Of a stretch of 64,000 nucleotides of DNA, positions 18,893-28,629 are shown one piece after another. The position numbers and the translations under genes are program-made. The notes under the pieces are model-generated. The model ran no database searches. It had not been told where the DNA came from and was given only the letters and a program-made list of their open reading frames with translations. Source of the DNA: an archaeon. Its GTDB lineage: Archaea > Nanobdellota > Nanobdellia > Pacearchaeales > DTIR01. Where the stretch lies: assembly GCA_043808285.1 (NCBI GenBank), contig JAZDFA010000007.1, positions 29,100 to 93,099 on the forward strand. The letters run 5' to 3'. Numbering within the stretch: the stretch's first letter is position 1; each line of letters opens with the position of its first letter.

Positions 18893-19782
18893 ATTTCAAT
18901 ATTCATAAAATCTTGAGCGAGTTGTGTTTGTGGAAATATGTTTTTTGCACTTTTTAGGAGTTTGTATTCCTCTTTTTCATGCCTTTGAGAAACATGAGTT
19001 AAAATAAGCTTCTTTGCATTTGCTTTTTTTGCTATGTTTGCTGCATCCTCGCAGGTAAGATGATGATATTCTGCTGCCTTGTCTTTCATTTCTGCAGAAT
19101 AGCTTGATTCAATTATCGCTAAATCTGCTTCTTTAGCTGCTTTAATGCAATTTACATTCATTGAAGTGTCCAAAACAAATGATATCTTTTTTCCTTTTTC
19201 AATATAAGAAACACTTTCCGACTTCACTTTTTTTCCATTAAAAACAATTGATTCGCCTTTTTGCAATTTTCCAACTAATGGTCCAGACAGTCCTATTTTT
19301 TTTAATTTTTTAGGGTCTATTCTTCGTTTTTCTTTTTCAGTGAAGGAATATGCATTACAGGGAGGCCCATGTGTAAGGGGGAATGCTTCAAGAATAAAAT
19401 CCTTATTCTCAAAGAATTTACCGCTTGCTTCAATCACTTCTATGTTAATCTTGCCTACGAACACAAAAAGGCTGAATATGTTCTCCATGAACCTTTTTGT
19501 TCCTTGAGGGCCATAAATTGACAGCTTCTTATTGTATCCGTTTAACACAAGAGTTTGCAGCAGCCCAGGAATACCCAGGATATGATCTCCGTGCCAGTGA
19601 GTTATAAGTATCTTTGTAAGACTGCAGGGATTTATTCCTGCAATTCTAAACTGCCTTTGTGTACCTTCCCCGCAATCAACAAGAATTGACTCTTCCTTAT
19701 ACTTGAAGAATATTGCAGTGTGGTTTCTTTTGGAAGTTGGCACTGCCTGGGATGTGCCTAAAAATATTAAGTCGATTTTCAT
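18889..19782 (-). CDS. rnz: Ribonuclease Z
   Basis: FLGTS..VP; DCGEGTQRQ; THWHGDH; LILTH. Confidence 0.95.
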   Translation of the reverse strand: MKIDLIFLGTSQAVPTSKRNHTAIFFKYKEESILVDCGEGTQRQFRIAGINPCSLTKILITHWHGDHILGIPGLLQTLVLNGYNKKLSIYGPQGTKRFMENIFSLFVFVGKINIEVIEASGKFFENKDFILEAFPLTHGPPCNAYSFTEKEKRRIDPKKLKKIGLSGPLVGKLQKGESIVFNGKKVKSESVSYIEKGKKISFVLDTSMNVNCIKAAKEADLAIIESSYSAEMKDKAAEYHHLTCEDAANIAKKANAKKLILTHVSQRHEKEEYKLLKSAKNIFPQTQLAQDFMNIEI

Positions 19783-19855
19783 TGCTTTAAAAAGAAACCT
19801 TTTCTTAAATAACTTTCTGCTAACATTTAAATATATTCTTTAGTTCTCGTTGATA

Positions 19856-20401
19856 ATGAAACCAAAAAAGAAGCCGGCAAGGGATAGTGCATTCAAGGCA
19901 GTTCTTAGCGGAGAGAAAATATTCAGCAATGCACATGGTGCTTTTACACTGCATGAACAAAGCAGTTTTGGAGAGCCAATAGAGGGCAAGGTATATTATT
20001 CAGTAATAGAATCGCTATACTTAATAGAAAAAGGAAAGATGCAGATGTACTTGGGTGGCAAAAAAGTTTCTTTCGATTCATTCCTTGAAAAATCCCAAAA
20101 GATTGAGAATAATGTTCATACTAGATTTATAGTATTTCGGGACATGAGGAACAAGGGATACACTTTAAAGACTGCATTAAAATTTGGAGCAGATTTTAGA
20201 GTTTATGAAAGGGGAGTAAAACCTGGGCAGGAGCATGCAAAATGGATTCTTTACGCAGTGCATGAAACAGTGGGATTAACATGGCATGAATTTGCAGCTA
20301 AAAATAGAGTAGCCCATTCAACAAAAAAAAGGCTGTTAATAGGAATTGTAGACGATGAAAATGATGTGACCTACTACGAAATTGCCTGGAAAAAACCATA
20401 A
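19856..20401 (+). CDS. endA: tRNA-intron endonuclease
   Basis: KTALKFGADFRVY..H; RVAHSTKK catalytic Y/H/K. Confidence 0.95.
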   Translation: MKPKKKPARDSAFKAVLSGEKIFSNAHGAFTLHEQSSFGEPIEGKVYYSVIESLYLIEKGKMQMYLGGKKVSFDSFLEKSQKIENNVHTRFIVFRDMRNKGYTLKTALKFGADFRVYERGVKPGQEHAKWILYAVHETVGLTWHEFAAKNRVAHSTKKRLLIGIVDDENDVTYYEIAWKKP

Positions 20402-20413
20402 AACAAAGAAAAA

Positions 20414-21349
20414 ATGATAAACGTTGAAGAGAAAAAAAACAAGATAATTGAGGCTATAAAGACTAGGGGGCCTTCTTTGCCTATACACCTTTCAAAAGAG
20501 ATAGAGCTTAGCAGCTTGTTCACTTCTGCAATAATGTCTGAAATGATTTCAAACAAAATGATTAAGACAAGCAATCTTAAGGTTGGCAGTTCTCCTCTTT
20601 ATCTCATAGCAGGACAAGAACCTCTTTTGGAAAATTTCTCGAATCATCTTGGTTCTAAAGAAAAAGAAGTTTTCCTTTTCATAAAAGAAAAGGGGGTTGT
20701 ACAAGATGAATTGCTAAGCCCAGCCTATAGAATTGCAATAAGAAGCCTCAAGGACTTTGCGATACCCTTGAAGGTTAACATAAATAACGAAGAAAAAATA
20801 TTCTGGAGATACTTGACTGTACCGCTGGGTGATGCTGTTAAAAAAATAAGGGATATGACCCAGCCAAAAACAGAGCATACCATTCAAAAAGAAGAAGAAA
20901 AGAAAGTGGAGCAATTTTCTCCAATAAATCATGAAGAAAAGCGGGAAAAGGCAAAAGAAGAAAATCTTACGGAAGAAAAAGAGCAGAAAAAAACAGAAAA
21001 GTTGGTTAAAGAGAAGCAGGAAAAGAAACAGATTGTAAATAGAGACTTCCTTAGCGCACTAAACATCTATCTTTCGAAGTTAAAGATTGAGAAAGTGAGG
21101 GAGATAGAGACAAGAAAGAAGGATATTATGATGGTAGCAAAAATGAATTCTGCCATAGGCATGATAGAAGTGCTGGTGGTGGCAAAAGACAAGAAGGCAA
21201 TAGGTGAGAATGATCTCAGTCTTGCATTGGGGAGGGGGCAGGAAATTAAAATGCCTGTGCTCTTCATTTCAAGCGGAAAGCTCAATAAGAAGGCTGCAAT
21301 GCAAATAGAAACTTTTAAAAGCTATCTTATTTTCAAACAAATTGAATAG
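20414..21349 (+). CDS. Hypothetical protein with N-terminal winged helix and charged linker
   Basis: GPSLPIHLSK wHTH-like start; KVGSSPLY; K/E-rich linker; alpha/beta C-domain. Confidence 0.7.
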   Translation: MINVEEKKNKIIEAIKTRGPSLPIHLSKEIELSSLFTSAIMSEMISNKMIKTSNLKVGSSPLYLIAGQEPLLENFSNHLGSKEKEVFLFIKEKGVVQDELLSPAYRIAIRSLKDFAIPLKVNINNEEKIFWRYLTVPLGDAVKKIRDMTQPKTEHTIQKEEEKKVEQFSPINHEEKREKAKEENLTEEKEQKKTEKLVKEKQEKKQIVNRDFLSALNIYLSKLKIEKVREIETRKKDIMMVAKMNSAIGMIEVLVVAKDKKAIGENDLSLALGRGQEIKMPVLFISSGKLNKKAAMQIETFKSYLIFKQIE

Positions 21350-21350
21350 A

Positions 21351-21530
21351 ATGGGAAGAATAAAATCAAAACTTGTTAAGAAGACAACGAAGAAGCTTCT
21401 AGTAGAAACTCCCGAAGTTTTTAATTCTGATTTTGAGCATAACAAGAAGATTTTGAGCGGTGTAATAACTAACAAAAGAACAAGAAATGCTATTGCAGGG
21501 TATCTTGCGAGAATAAAAAAGAAAAAGTAA
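21351..21530 (+). CDS. rps17e: 30S ribosomal protein S17e
   Basis: MGRIK..FNSDFEHNK..KRTRNAIAGY. Confidence 0.95.
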   Translation: MGRIKSKLVKKTTKKLLVETPEVFNSDFEHNKKILSGVITNKRTRNAIAGYLARIKKKK

Positions 21531-21587
21531 TACTTAAGCAATAAGTGATTGCTTTAACAACAGTAAACAAAAATAACAGGAGGTAAA

Positions 21588-21890
21588 ATGGCGGAGCAAA
21601 AGAAATCTGACGAAAACACAGTATACATAGGATCAAAGCCTTTTATGAATTACGTTACAGCCGTTGTAATGCAATTCACTGGCAGAAATGCTAGAGAAAT
21701 TACAGTTAGAGCAAGAGGGAAATTCATATCAAGGGCAGTCGATGTTGCTGAAGTGATTACAAAGAAATTCCTCAAGGACAACAATATAGCAGTAAAAGAA
21801 ATAAAGATAGACTCAGAGGAATTAGAAACTGCTGAAGGCAAGAAAGTTACTGTCAGTACAATAGACATAACCCTTGCAAAGAAGGCTTAA
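21588..21890 (+). CDS. albA: DNA/RNA-binding protein Alba
   Basis: VYIGSKPFMNYV; ARGKFISRAVDVAE; SD AGGAGGT. Confidence 0.96.
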   Translation: MAEQKKSDENTVYIGSKPFMNYVTAVVMQFTGRNAREITVRARGKFISRAVDVAEVITKKFLKDNNIAVKEIKIDSEELETAEGKKVTVSTIDITLAKKA

Positions 21891-21930
21891 AAATACATTT
21901 AAAAAATCAAATCTTTTTTTTGTTTTTTTA

Positions 21931-22296
21931 TTATCTTTTACTCTTCTTTTTATCAAGCCTCTTAAGTCTCATCTTATTTGCTTGAAAATCTAAGATGAAT
22001 GCAAAAAGAGAGATTATGAAATAGATTTTCCATCTGGAATCAAGAATTATAACTGCGAGAGTTGTCAAAAATGAGAATATGATTAAAGAAGGTTTGTAAA
22101 TCTGCATGAATCTCTTTTTTCTCAATAATCTGTATGAATCTGTAACGTCCCCAAAAAGAATATGAATGAACTGCAGCAAGGCGAGAAATATGAGGACCAC
22201 AGAAAAAAACTTATTCAAGCTCATGAATACAGCAGAGCCGCAAAAGAACAATGATGCTAAGTTTAATATCTTGGCTTTTATTTCAATCTTTTCCAT
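21931..22296 (-). CDS. Hypothetical membrane protein
   Basis: Four hydrophobic segments. Confidence 0.6.
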   Translation of the reverse strand: MEKIEIKAKILNLASLFFCGSAVFMSLNKFFSVVLIFLALLQFIHILFGDVTDSYRLLRKKRFMQIYKPSLIIFSFLTTLAVIILDSRWKIYFIISLFAFILDFQANKMRLKRLDKKKSKR

Positions 22297-22306
22297 TTGA
22301 GTTAAA

Positions 22307-22379
22307 TGGCTGCGGAGGGAGTTGAACCCCCGACATCTGCCTCATGAGAGCAGCGCTCTACCAACTGAGCTACACAGCC
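22307..22379 (-). tRNA. tRNA-Met/Ile2 (CAT), non-initiator
   Basis: GGCTGTG..CGCAGCCA; CTGCT-CTCATGA-GGCAG; lacks initiator GGG/CCC anticodon stem. Confidence 0.9.
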
Positions 22380-22430
22380 TTTGATAGTTTTTATAAAATG
22401 GGGAAGATAAAGGGTATTTTAAAAGATTTC

Positions 22431-22856
22431 TTATTTGAGAGAGTTTGAAATTAACTGGGAAATTCTCTTCATCTCTCCATCATCAAGCTTTTTGCCATGC
22501 CAATGTTCGTAACCATCCCCCTCAAATCTTGGGATTATATGAACATGGACGTGGTCTATTAACTGGCCTGCGGCCTTTTTGTTATTGACCATAAGGTTAA
22601 ATCCTGGGGCATTCATTGCTTTCATAATAATGTTAGCGATATCTCTTGCTTCATTAAAAACAATATTTACTGAGTCATTATCCATTTCACCCAGATTATC
22701 TATATGTGTCTTTGGAACAACCAAGGTATGACCTGGATTAACAGGATTAATATCTAAAAAAGCAATTATTTTATTGTCTTCATAAACTATGTAAGCAGGT
22801 ATTTCTTTCCTTATTATTCTGCAAAACAGGCAGTTATCTTCTTTTTGAGATGACAT
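22431..22856 (-). CDS. HIT family hydrolase
   Basis: CLFC; FLDINP..GHTLVVPK; HVHVHIIPR. Confidence 0.95.
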   Translation of the reverse strand: MSSQKEDNCLFCRIIRKEIPAYIVYEDNKIIAFLDINPVNPGHTLVVPKTHIDNLGEMDNDSVNIVFNEARDIANIIMKAMNAPGFNLMVNNKKAAGQLIDHVHVHIIPRFEGDGYEHWHGKKLDDGEMKRISQLISNSLK

Positions 22857-23487
22857 TTTTGTAATATATGCAGATTTTTTTAAGCTCGCAGATATTGCAT
22901 TTCGGATTTCTTGTTATGCATATCTCTCTTCCAAAATTCACAAATCCCAAATTTATAATCCTTTTGCATTTGTCTTCAAAAATCTTTTCTATATCCAGCC
23001 TTATTTTTTCTGGGTCTGTATTTTTCGTTAAACCGATTCTTCTGCTGCATACTGCAACATGCACATCTACAGGGATAGTCTGTTTTCCAAAGCCATAGCA
23101 AAGAACAACATCTGCTGTTTTGTATCCTACTCCTGGCAATGCAAGAAGTCCTTCTCTGTTATCTGGCACTTTTCCATTGTATTTCTGCAGGATAATTTTT
23201 GAAACTTCCTTAATTTTCTTTGCTTTTTGGTGATAGAAACCAGAGGGTCTTATTAATTTTTCAAGTGTCTTATTATTTAATTTCAATATCTTTGAAGGTG
23301 TTGATGCAACCCTAAAAAGCTGCCTTGATGCTTTCTCTGTATTTTCATCTCTTGTTCTTTGGGAAAGAATTGTTGATATGAGAAGTTGAAAAACATCATC
23401 GTGCCAGTTTTGGATGTCAAGAAGAGGTTTTTTGTATCTCCCTTTTAGAAACTTGCATAGAATTATTGCTTTTTGTTTTTTGTTCAT
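22834..23487 (-). CDS. nth: Endonuclease III
   Basis: LLALPGVGYKTA HhH; VDVHV; C-x6-C-x2-C-x5-C Fe-S motif. Confidence 0.93.
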   Translation of the reverse strand: MNKKQKAIILCKFLKGRYKKPLLDIQNWHDDVFQLLISTILSQRTRDENTEKASRQLFRVASTPSKILKLNNKTLEKLIRPSGFYHQKAKKIKEVSKIILQKYNGKVPDNREGLLALPGVGYKTADVVLCYGFGKQTIPVDVHVAVCSRRIGLTKNTDPEKIRLDIEKIFEDKCKRIINLGFVNFGREICITRNPKCNICELKKICIYYKNVISKRR

Positions 23488-23489
23488 TT

Positions 23490-23900
23490 TTATTTAATAT
23501 TCAAAAAGAACTCAATGAATAACTGAACAACAAGCACAATAATTGTTAGTATCAGGAAGATAATATAATTTATTTTTACCTTTGAGATAATTATAGAGTT
23601 TAGTAATATATTAACTTCCTCTAGGTCCTTCCTGCTAAGTTTTTTGCTCCTAATTTTTTCCCTTAGTTTGTTATTGATGATTAGGTCTTGTCTCCTATCT
23701 TCAACATATATGCGGTAGGTATAGAATACGGCTGAAAGCAACATTGCAGAATACCAGGATACACTTGCATAAAATGGATTGATTTTTGTAAGGGGAAGAA
23801 CTAAACGCAATCCTAATGCACTAAGTATCCCCAAAGACATAAAAATAACAGAGAACGGTCTGCTCTTTTTGCCCAGTACACCTTCATATTCTTTATACAT
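23490..23900 (-). CDS. Hypothetical membrane protein
   Basis: Three TM segments. Confidence 0.65.
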   Translation of the reverse strand: MYKEYEGVLGKKSRPFSVIFMSLGILSALGLRLVLPLTKINPFYASVSWYSAMLLSAVFYTYRIYVEDRRQDLIINNKLREKIRSKKLSRKDLEEVNILLNSIIISKVKINYIIFLILTIIVLVVQLFIEFFLNIK

Positions 23901-23905
23901 TTGGA

Positions 23906-23976
23906 TGGACCCACCGGGAATCGAACCCAGACCTCAAGACTGCCAGCCTCGCATTCTACCGTTGAACTATGGGCCC
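23906..23976 (-). tRNA. tRNA-Ala(GGC)
   Basis: GGGCCCA/TGGGTCC acceptor with G3:U70; loop CTGGCAG. Confidence 0.95.
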
Positions 23977-24084
23977 TTGATGCTTAAGGGAAAAGAAAAC
24001 TCTTTATTAAGTTTGCCATTTTTATGGGCAAACGTTTATATAGAAAATGCAGTTCTTATTAAAAAAGAGGATAAAAAGAAAAAG

Positions 24085-25083
24085 ATGATTGTAAAATCTA
24101 TTGCGCCTTCAAGGGTTGATTTTGCAGGAGGTACCTTAGATATCCCATTATTTGCAGAAAAAGAGGGAGGATGCACGCTAAACTGTGCAGTGAAGAAATA
24201 CAGCTACGTTGACATACATCCGATAAAACAGCATGCAACGATAATTAATTCCATTAATTACAAATCAAAAATCCAGATTATAGATGGCAAAATAATTTAT
24301 GATGGGGAAACAGACCTCCTAAAAGCGGCAATAAAAAGAACTTCTTTTTTTGAGGATGTTGAAATAAAAATAAGGCATGAATTGCCACCACATTCAAGAC
24401 TTGGAACATCCTCCTCCGTTGGAGTAGCATTGATTTCTGCAATATATAAATATCAGGGGAAAAAAATAGAGAAAAATAAGGTGGCAGATTTAGCAACAGA
24501 CTTGGAGATAGAAGAATTAGGATTGCGCAACGGACCTCAAGACCAATATGCTGCGGCCATTGGAGGTATAAACTTTCTCAAATTTGATGGAAAATCCGTT
24601 AAAGTGGAAAAGCCCAAAGTGAGCAAAGATACAATAAAAGAATTGGAAAGAAGAATGATTTTATGTTACTGTGGGCAGGCAAATGTTTCTGGGGACATGA
24701 ACAAGAGAGTAACTGACGGCTATATTAATGGCAATAAAAGAATAAATGATGCACTTCATGAGATAAAAGAAATAACAATTGAAATGAAAGAGCACCTCAT
24801 CAAAGGAAATACCCAAGAATTTGCTTTCCTCTTAAATGAAGAAAGATTAAACAGGGAAAAGCTAGATAAAGACATCTCAAAAGGGCTTGCAAAATTCATA
24901 TACCTGGGAATGAAAAATGCGGATGCAGCCAAGATTCTTGGAGCGGGATGCGGCGGAACATTGCTGTTTTATTCTAAAGAAAAAAAGCTAAATGAACTGA
25001 AAAAGTCTTTAATAAAATCTGGAGGAATTGTCTTCCCTTTCAGATTTGATTTTGAGGGTGTAAGAGCCTGGAAAATTAAATAA
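24085..25083 (+). CDS. GHMP-family sugar kinase (heptose-7-phosphate kinase-like)
   Basis: APSRVDFAGGTLD; PPHSRLGTSS; GPQDQYAAAIGG; KILGAGCGG. Start taken at MIVKS. Confidence 0.88.
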   Translation: MIVKSIAPSRVDFAGGTLDIPLFAEKEGGCTLNCAVKKYSYVDIHPIKQHATIINSINYKSKIQIIDGKIIYDGETDLLKAAIKRTSFFEDVEIKIRHELPPHSRLGTSSSVGVALISAIYKYQGKKIEKNKVADLATDLEIEELGLRNGPQDQYAAAIGGINFLKFDGKSVKVEKPKVSKDTIKELERRMILCYCGQANVSGDMNKRVTDGYINGNKRINDALHEIKEITIEMKEHLIKGNTQEFAFLLNEERLNREKLDKDISKGLAKFIYLGMKNADAAKILGAGCGGTLLFYSKEKKLNELKKSLIKSGGIVFPFRFDFEGVRAWKIK

Positions 25084-26806
25084 TAATTTTTGAATAAATC
25101 ATTTCATTAACCAGTTCTATAAACATTGCAGCGCTCCATGATTGAGAGATACATCCGTTGGAAGAAAGCTCTTTTGCAGAACTTATTTCAGAAGCATTTG
25201 CAATTGCCCCATTCCAAAGTATATCTTCTGTGCTCGCCTTGGATATTTTCATTATTTTCTCCCTAAATTTTTCTTTTTCCACTCTTGCCAAGCAAATTGC
25301 TGCCAGATTATTAAGCCAAAACCAGCTGTCTCCATTATGATAGCTCTTACTGTTTTGGCCTGTATGCTCGCAAACAAAAAGTGGAGAGCTCTTGTCAACT
25401 GTTGAAAACCCCCCACCAGACTCCCATTCGCACCATAATTTTTCAATAGAATGGGAAAAGCATTTATCCCATTCTTCCTGCTTGAGCAATTTAGGATAAA
25501 TGTAATATGCAATAAATGAATTGGGCCTTGCAGTTGTATCTGAAGGAGAATCCAATAAGAATGAATCATTAAAGAATTTTTTTCTCACTTCGCTATTCAA
25601 TATATCCTTATTTATTCGATAAATATCGTTTTTTGTCAGCTCATGCATTGCATCAAAGATGCAAAGTTTTAGTGCCTGCATTTCTATCCTGCTCCCCTTT
25701 CTTTCAAAACTATCCATCCAGGTTTCATTGCTTTCGTTTGATGCAAATTCTGTATTCATGTTTGCTATGCTTTCAAGAAGCTCTATCCTTTCTTTTGAAA
25801 TCTTTACAGTATTTAGTCTCTTAAAAAGCCAACCCAAGGAATCTGCGGAAATGCCGTTCTTGTTTCCAAACAAATCAATATTTGCAGAAGTCTTATTTCT
25901 GTTTACAGCATCAAACAACCAGCGGTCAAAAATTGCCTCTTTGAGATTTTGAGAATTAATCTCATTAAGGGATTTGAGGCTAATCAATTCATCTCTCGCC
26001 CAAAATTGAAAAAACCAGGGCAATCCTGCGTAAAGCCCTTTTTCTCCAACTGAAAGATTATACAAAGAAACTCTTGCAGAGTTATAAGCCATGCTCAATT
26101 CCTTGTCTTCTATTCTGTTGTAAAAAAGCTTTGAAACTTCTTTCTTCTGCTTTTCTTTAAGCATTCCAAGATTGGAAAAAACATAATTGCATTCCTTAAT
26201 TGCATTCTCCTTGCTGCTTGAAAAAGAAATGACAGTTAGTTTTCCATTAATCTCTGCGAAATCATATACCTCCAAGGAATAGGGGGGGGAACCTCTTTTC
26301 TTGTCAAAATCATATTCTCTTTCAAAGTGAATCGAATTTATTTTGTATGTTCCTTCTAATTTTATCGCAATGTAAAAATCCTCCTCATTTAGCCTGCATT
26401 TAAGAAGTATAAAATTTGTTGTTGATTCCTTCTCCAAAGAGTAACTGGCTTTTCCTTGTGAATAGCTCTCCCTCAAATTAAGACTCAAATCAGCAGTAGA
26501 ACCATCATTTTCATAAGCAATAGAATTATAGCCATAGGGCATAAAAAAATTTTCAATGTTGCGGTCTTTTACCCTCTCAACACTCCAGAACCGATTTAAT
26601 AGCTCTCTTGTGTTACCCTTCATTCCAATATTTTCTATAACCCTAAATAGCCTTGATTTCTCAACAAAGAAAACCCCCCCATATCTGCTTTGTGGAATGC
26701 TTGAAAACCAGGCATACCCTCCTTTTCTATTAGTAAGAAGAAAACTACAATCATTACAATCCTCTCTAGAAATTGATTCCCTGTCTGCTATATGAGTTAC
26801 TCTCAT
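25076..26806 (-). CDS. Glycogen debranching enzyme (amylo-alpha-1,6-glucosidase)
   Basis: FLLTNRKGGY; AGLPWFFQFWARD; TWMD; SYHNGDSW; GCISQSWS. Confidence 0.88.
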   Translation of the reverse strand: MRVTHIADRESISREDCNDCSFLLTNRKGGYAWFSSIPQSRYGGVFFVEKSRLFRVIENIGMKGNTRELLNRFWSVERVKDRNIENFFMPYGYNSIAYENDGSTADLSLNLRESYSQGKASYSLEKESTTNFILLKCRLNEEDFYIAIKLEGTYKINSIHFEREYDFDKKRGSPPYSLEVYDFAEINGKLTVISFSSSKENAIKECNYVFSNLGMLKEKQKKEVSKLFYNRIEDKELSMAYNSARVSLYNLSVGEKGLYAGLPWFFQFWARDELISLKSLNEINSQNLKEAIFDRWLFDAVNRNKTSANIDLFGNKNGISADSLGWLFKRLNTVKISKERIELLESIANMNTEFASNESNETWMDSFERKGSRIEMQALKLCIFDAMHELTKNDIYRINKDILNSEVRKKFFNDSFLLDSPSDTTARPNSFIAYYIYPKLLKQEEWDKCFSHSIEKLWCEWESGGGFSTVDKSSPLFVCEHTGQNSKSYHNGDSWFWLNNLAAICLARVEKEKFREKIMKISKASTEDILWNGAIANASEISSAKELSSNGCISQSWSAAMFIELVNEMIYSKIII

Positions 26807-26807
26807 T

Positions 26808-28571
26808 TTATATTTTGTTATATGCTCTCCTTAACGCCAATTCATACGCTTTAAGGTAATTTGAGATTAGGGTGCTCCATGAAAAATTCATGGAAAAATT
26901 TTCAGCTATAATCTTGTTTTTTATTCTTTCCTCTTTGCTAAGATTGGAATACCAATAAAGATAATCGGTAAGCTCTCCAGATACTTCTTCAAATGACTTG
27001 TTTTCTCTCTTTAGCACAAATACTCCCTCGTTGGTTTTCATGCTAGAGAGTGCAAATCTTCCAAAACCACTGAGATCTGTTGTTATTGCTGGCACGCCGT
27101 GAGCGGCACTTTCTATGGGGGTATAGCCAAAAGGTTCATAATAAGATGGGAATACCCCCAGATGACATCCCCATATCGCAGAGTAATAATCCAATCCTAG
27201 CAGCCCATCTCCCAATCCAAGATAATTTCCATAATGAATCACCTTTACTCTATCTTCTTCTTTGTTATTTAATCCTGCTCTTTGCAATGCATTTAATATT
27301 GCGTCATGATTCTTGTCTTCCAACTCATATACCTCTACGGGGGGCAGGCCTTTTTTGCGTAATGAGAATATCAGCTGCTTCATTTCTCTTGTAAAATGTT
27401 CTTCGAATATGTTTTCTGACGGGAACTTGCCTGCAAGAGCAGAATAAATTATTTTCTTCCTTATTTCCAGATTATTTTCATCCACCAATCTTTCAATTCT
27501 TTCAAGTATTGCAGTGTTCTCAAGTATCTCTATATTCTTGCTGCTTGTAGCGCCAGGAACGAAAAAGAAAAATACTATTGTCTTGTCGCTTTTTTCTTTT
27601 TTTAATTTTTCGTTAAGCTTTTTGAGGGACTCTATTGTAACATCAATTCCCTTATTATGAAACTCATATCTTCCAGAAAGAAAATAAAACAATGCATTTT
27701 CAAGATCTACTGTGTAATAGGGGGAAAAATATGCCATGAGGAATTCTTTAATTGCCTCCTTGTTCACCCTATGTCCTTGAGGTATTGCCTCTAAATCTGG
27801 GAACTCCCGGAAGTTTACCCCATTTATAAGAAGAATATCTGGTTTTCTTCCCAAGAGATATTCTGTTTCCAATGCAGTTATGTCGCTTACTGTAGAAAAA
27901 ATATCGCAATTGGATGCTGTTGCTTTTTCCATGCCATGCTTTGAAGATACTCCGCAATTATACGCCTCTTTTGATGGATCGATTGTTTTTAGAATATGAT
28001 ATAATGGGCGATTTGAATCTGCAATTGCCCTCCCCAATACTGTTGCATGTGTTGTAAAAACTGTCGCGATATTTGAATTTAATTTTTTAAGATACAATAA
28101 GCATGCTCCTGCAAGCCACTCGTGAACATGAACGATTATCTCCTTGTTTGGAAACTTCCTTGAAAATTCCTCTATCAACATTCCTGCAGCAGTAGACCAC
28201 ACAACCGGCTCGTCAAAATCGTTTCCTGCAAAGAGAGAATCAATTTTGTAATCTTTCCATAGGTCTCCTTTAATCTGATTCTTGCTATTCATAAGTCCTG
28301 AAAAATCTATTAGTATTGCTGTTCCTTTTGCAGCAATCCACCGGCCATAATGGCAGTATATGCCTTTGCTGTTTAGTTTTGAAAATATTTCTTCAAGATC
28401 TGCTGAGGGGGCGAGTTCTTCAAAATCAGAAAGGTTATGGGCAAAATACGGACCTACAAAAAAATAATCATCAAAGTATTTCATTGCATATTCTGCCTTT
28501 GACTCAATGACTGTATAGATACCTCCTACCCTGTTGCAAACTTCCCAAGAAACTTCAAATATGCACTGCAT
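26808..28571 (-). CDS. Glycogen synthase, GT3 family
   Basis: FEVSWEVCNRVGGIYTV; HEW; FTTHATVLGR; GRYEFHNKG; GCHLGVFPSYYEPFGYTP. Confidence 0.93.
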   Translation of the reverse strand: MQCIFEVSWEVCNRVGGIYTVIESKAEYAMKYFDDYFFVGPYFAHNLSDFEELAPSADLEEIFSKLNSKGIYCHYGRWIAAKGTAILIDFSGLMNSKNQIKGDLWKDYKIDSLFAGNDFDEPVVWSTAAGMLIEEFSRKFPNKEIIVHVHEWLAGACLLYLKKLNSNIATVFTTHATVLGRAIADSNRPLYHILKTIDPSKEAYNCGVSSKHGMEKATASNCDIFSTVSDITALETEYLLGRKPDILLINGVNFREFPDLEAIPQGHRVNKEAIKEFLMAYFSPYYTVDLENALFYFLSGRYEFHNKGIDVTIESLKKLNEKLKKEKSDKTIVFFFFVPGATSSKNIEILENTAILERIERLVDENNLEIRKKIIYSALAGKFPSENIFEEHFTREMKQLIFSLRKKGLPPVEVYELEDKNHDAILNALQRAGLNNKEEDRVKVIHYGNYLGLGDGLLGLDYYSAIWGCHLGVFPSYYEPFGYTPIESAAHGVPAITTDLSGFGRFALSSMKTNEGVFVLKRENKSFEEVSGELTDYLYWYSNLSKEERIKNKIIAENFSMNFSWSTLISNYLKAYELALRRAYNKI

Positions 28572-28629
28572 TTTCCCTCTTCAATAGATAGAACTCTAAA
28601 GAGTTTAATAAACCTTTTTGTTAAATTTT

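Noticed and set aside
23779-24084. N-terminal extension of the 434-aa kinase ORF
   Set aside because: Runs antisense across tRNA-Ala and another gene; GHMP homology starts at 24085
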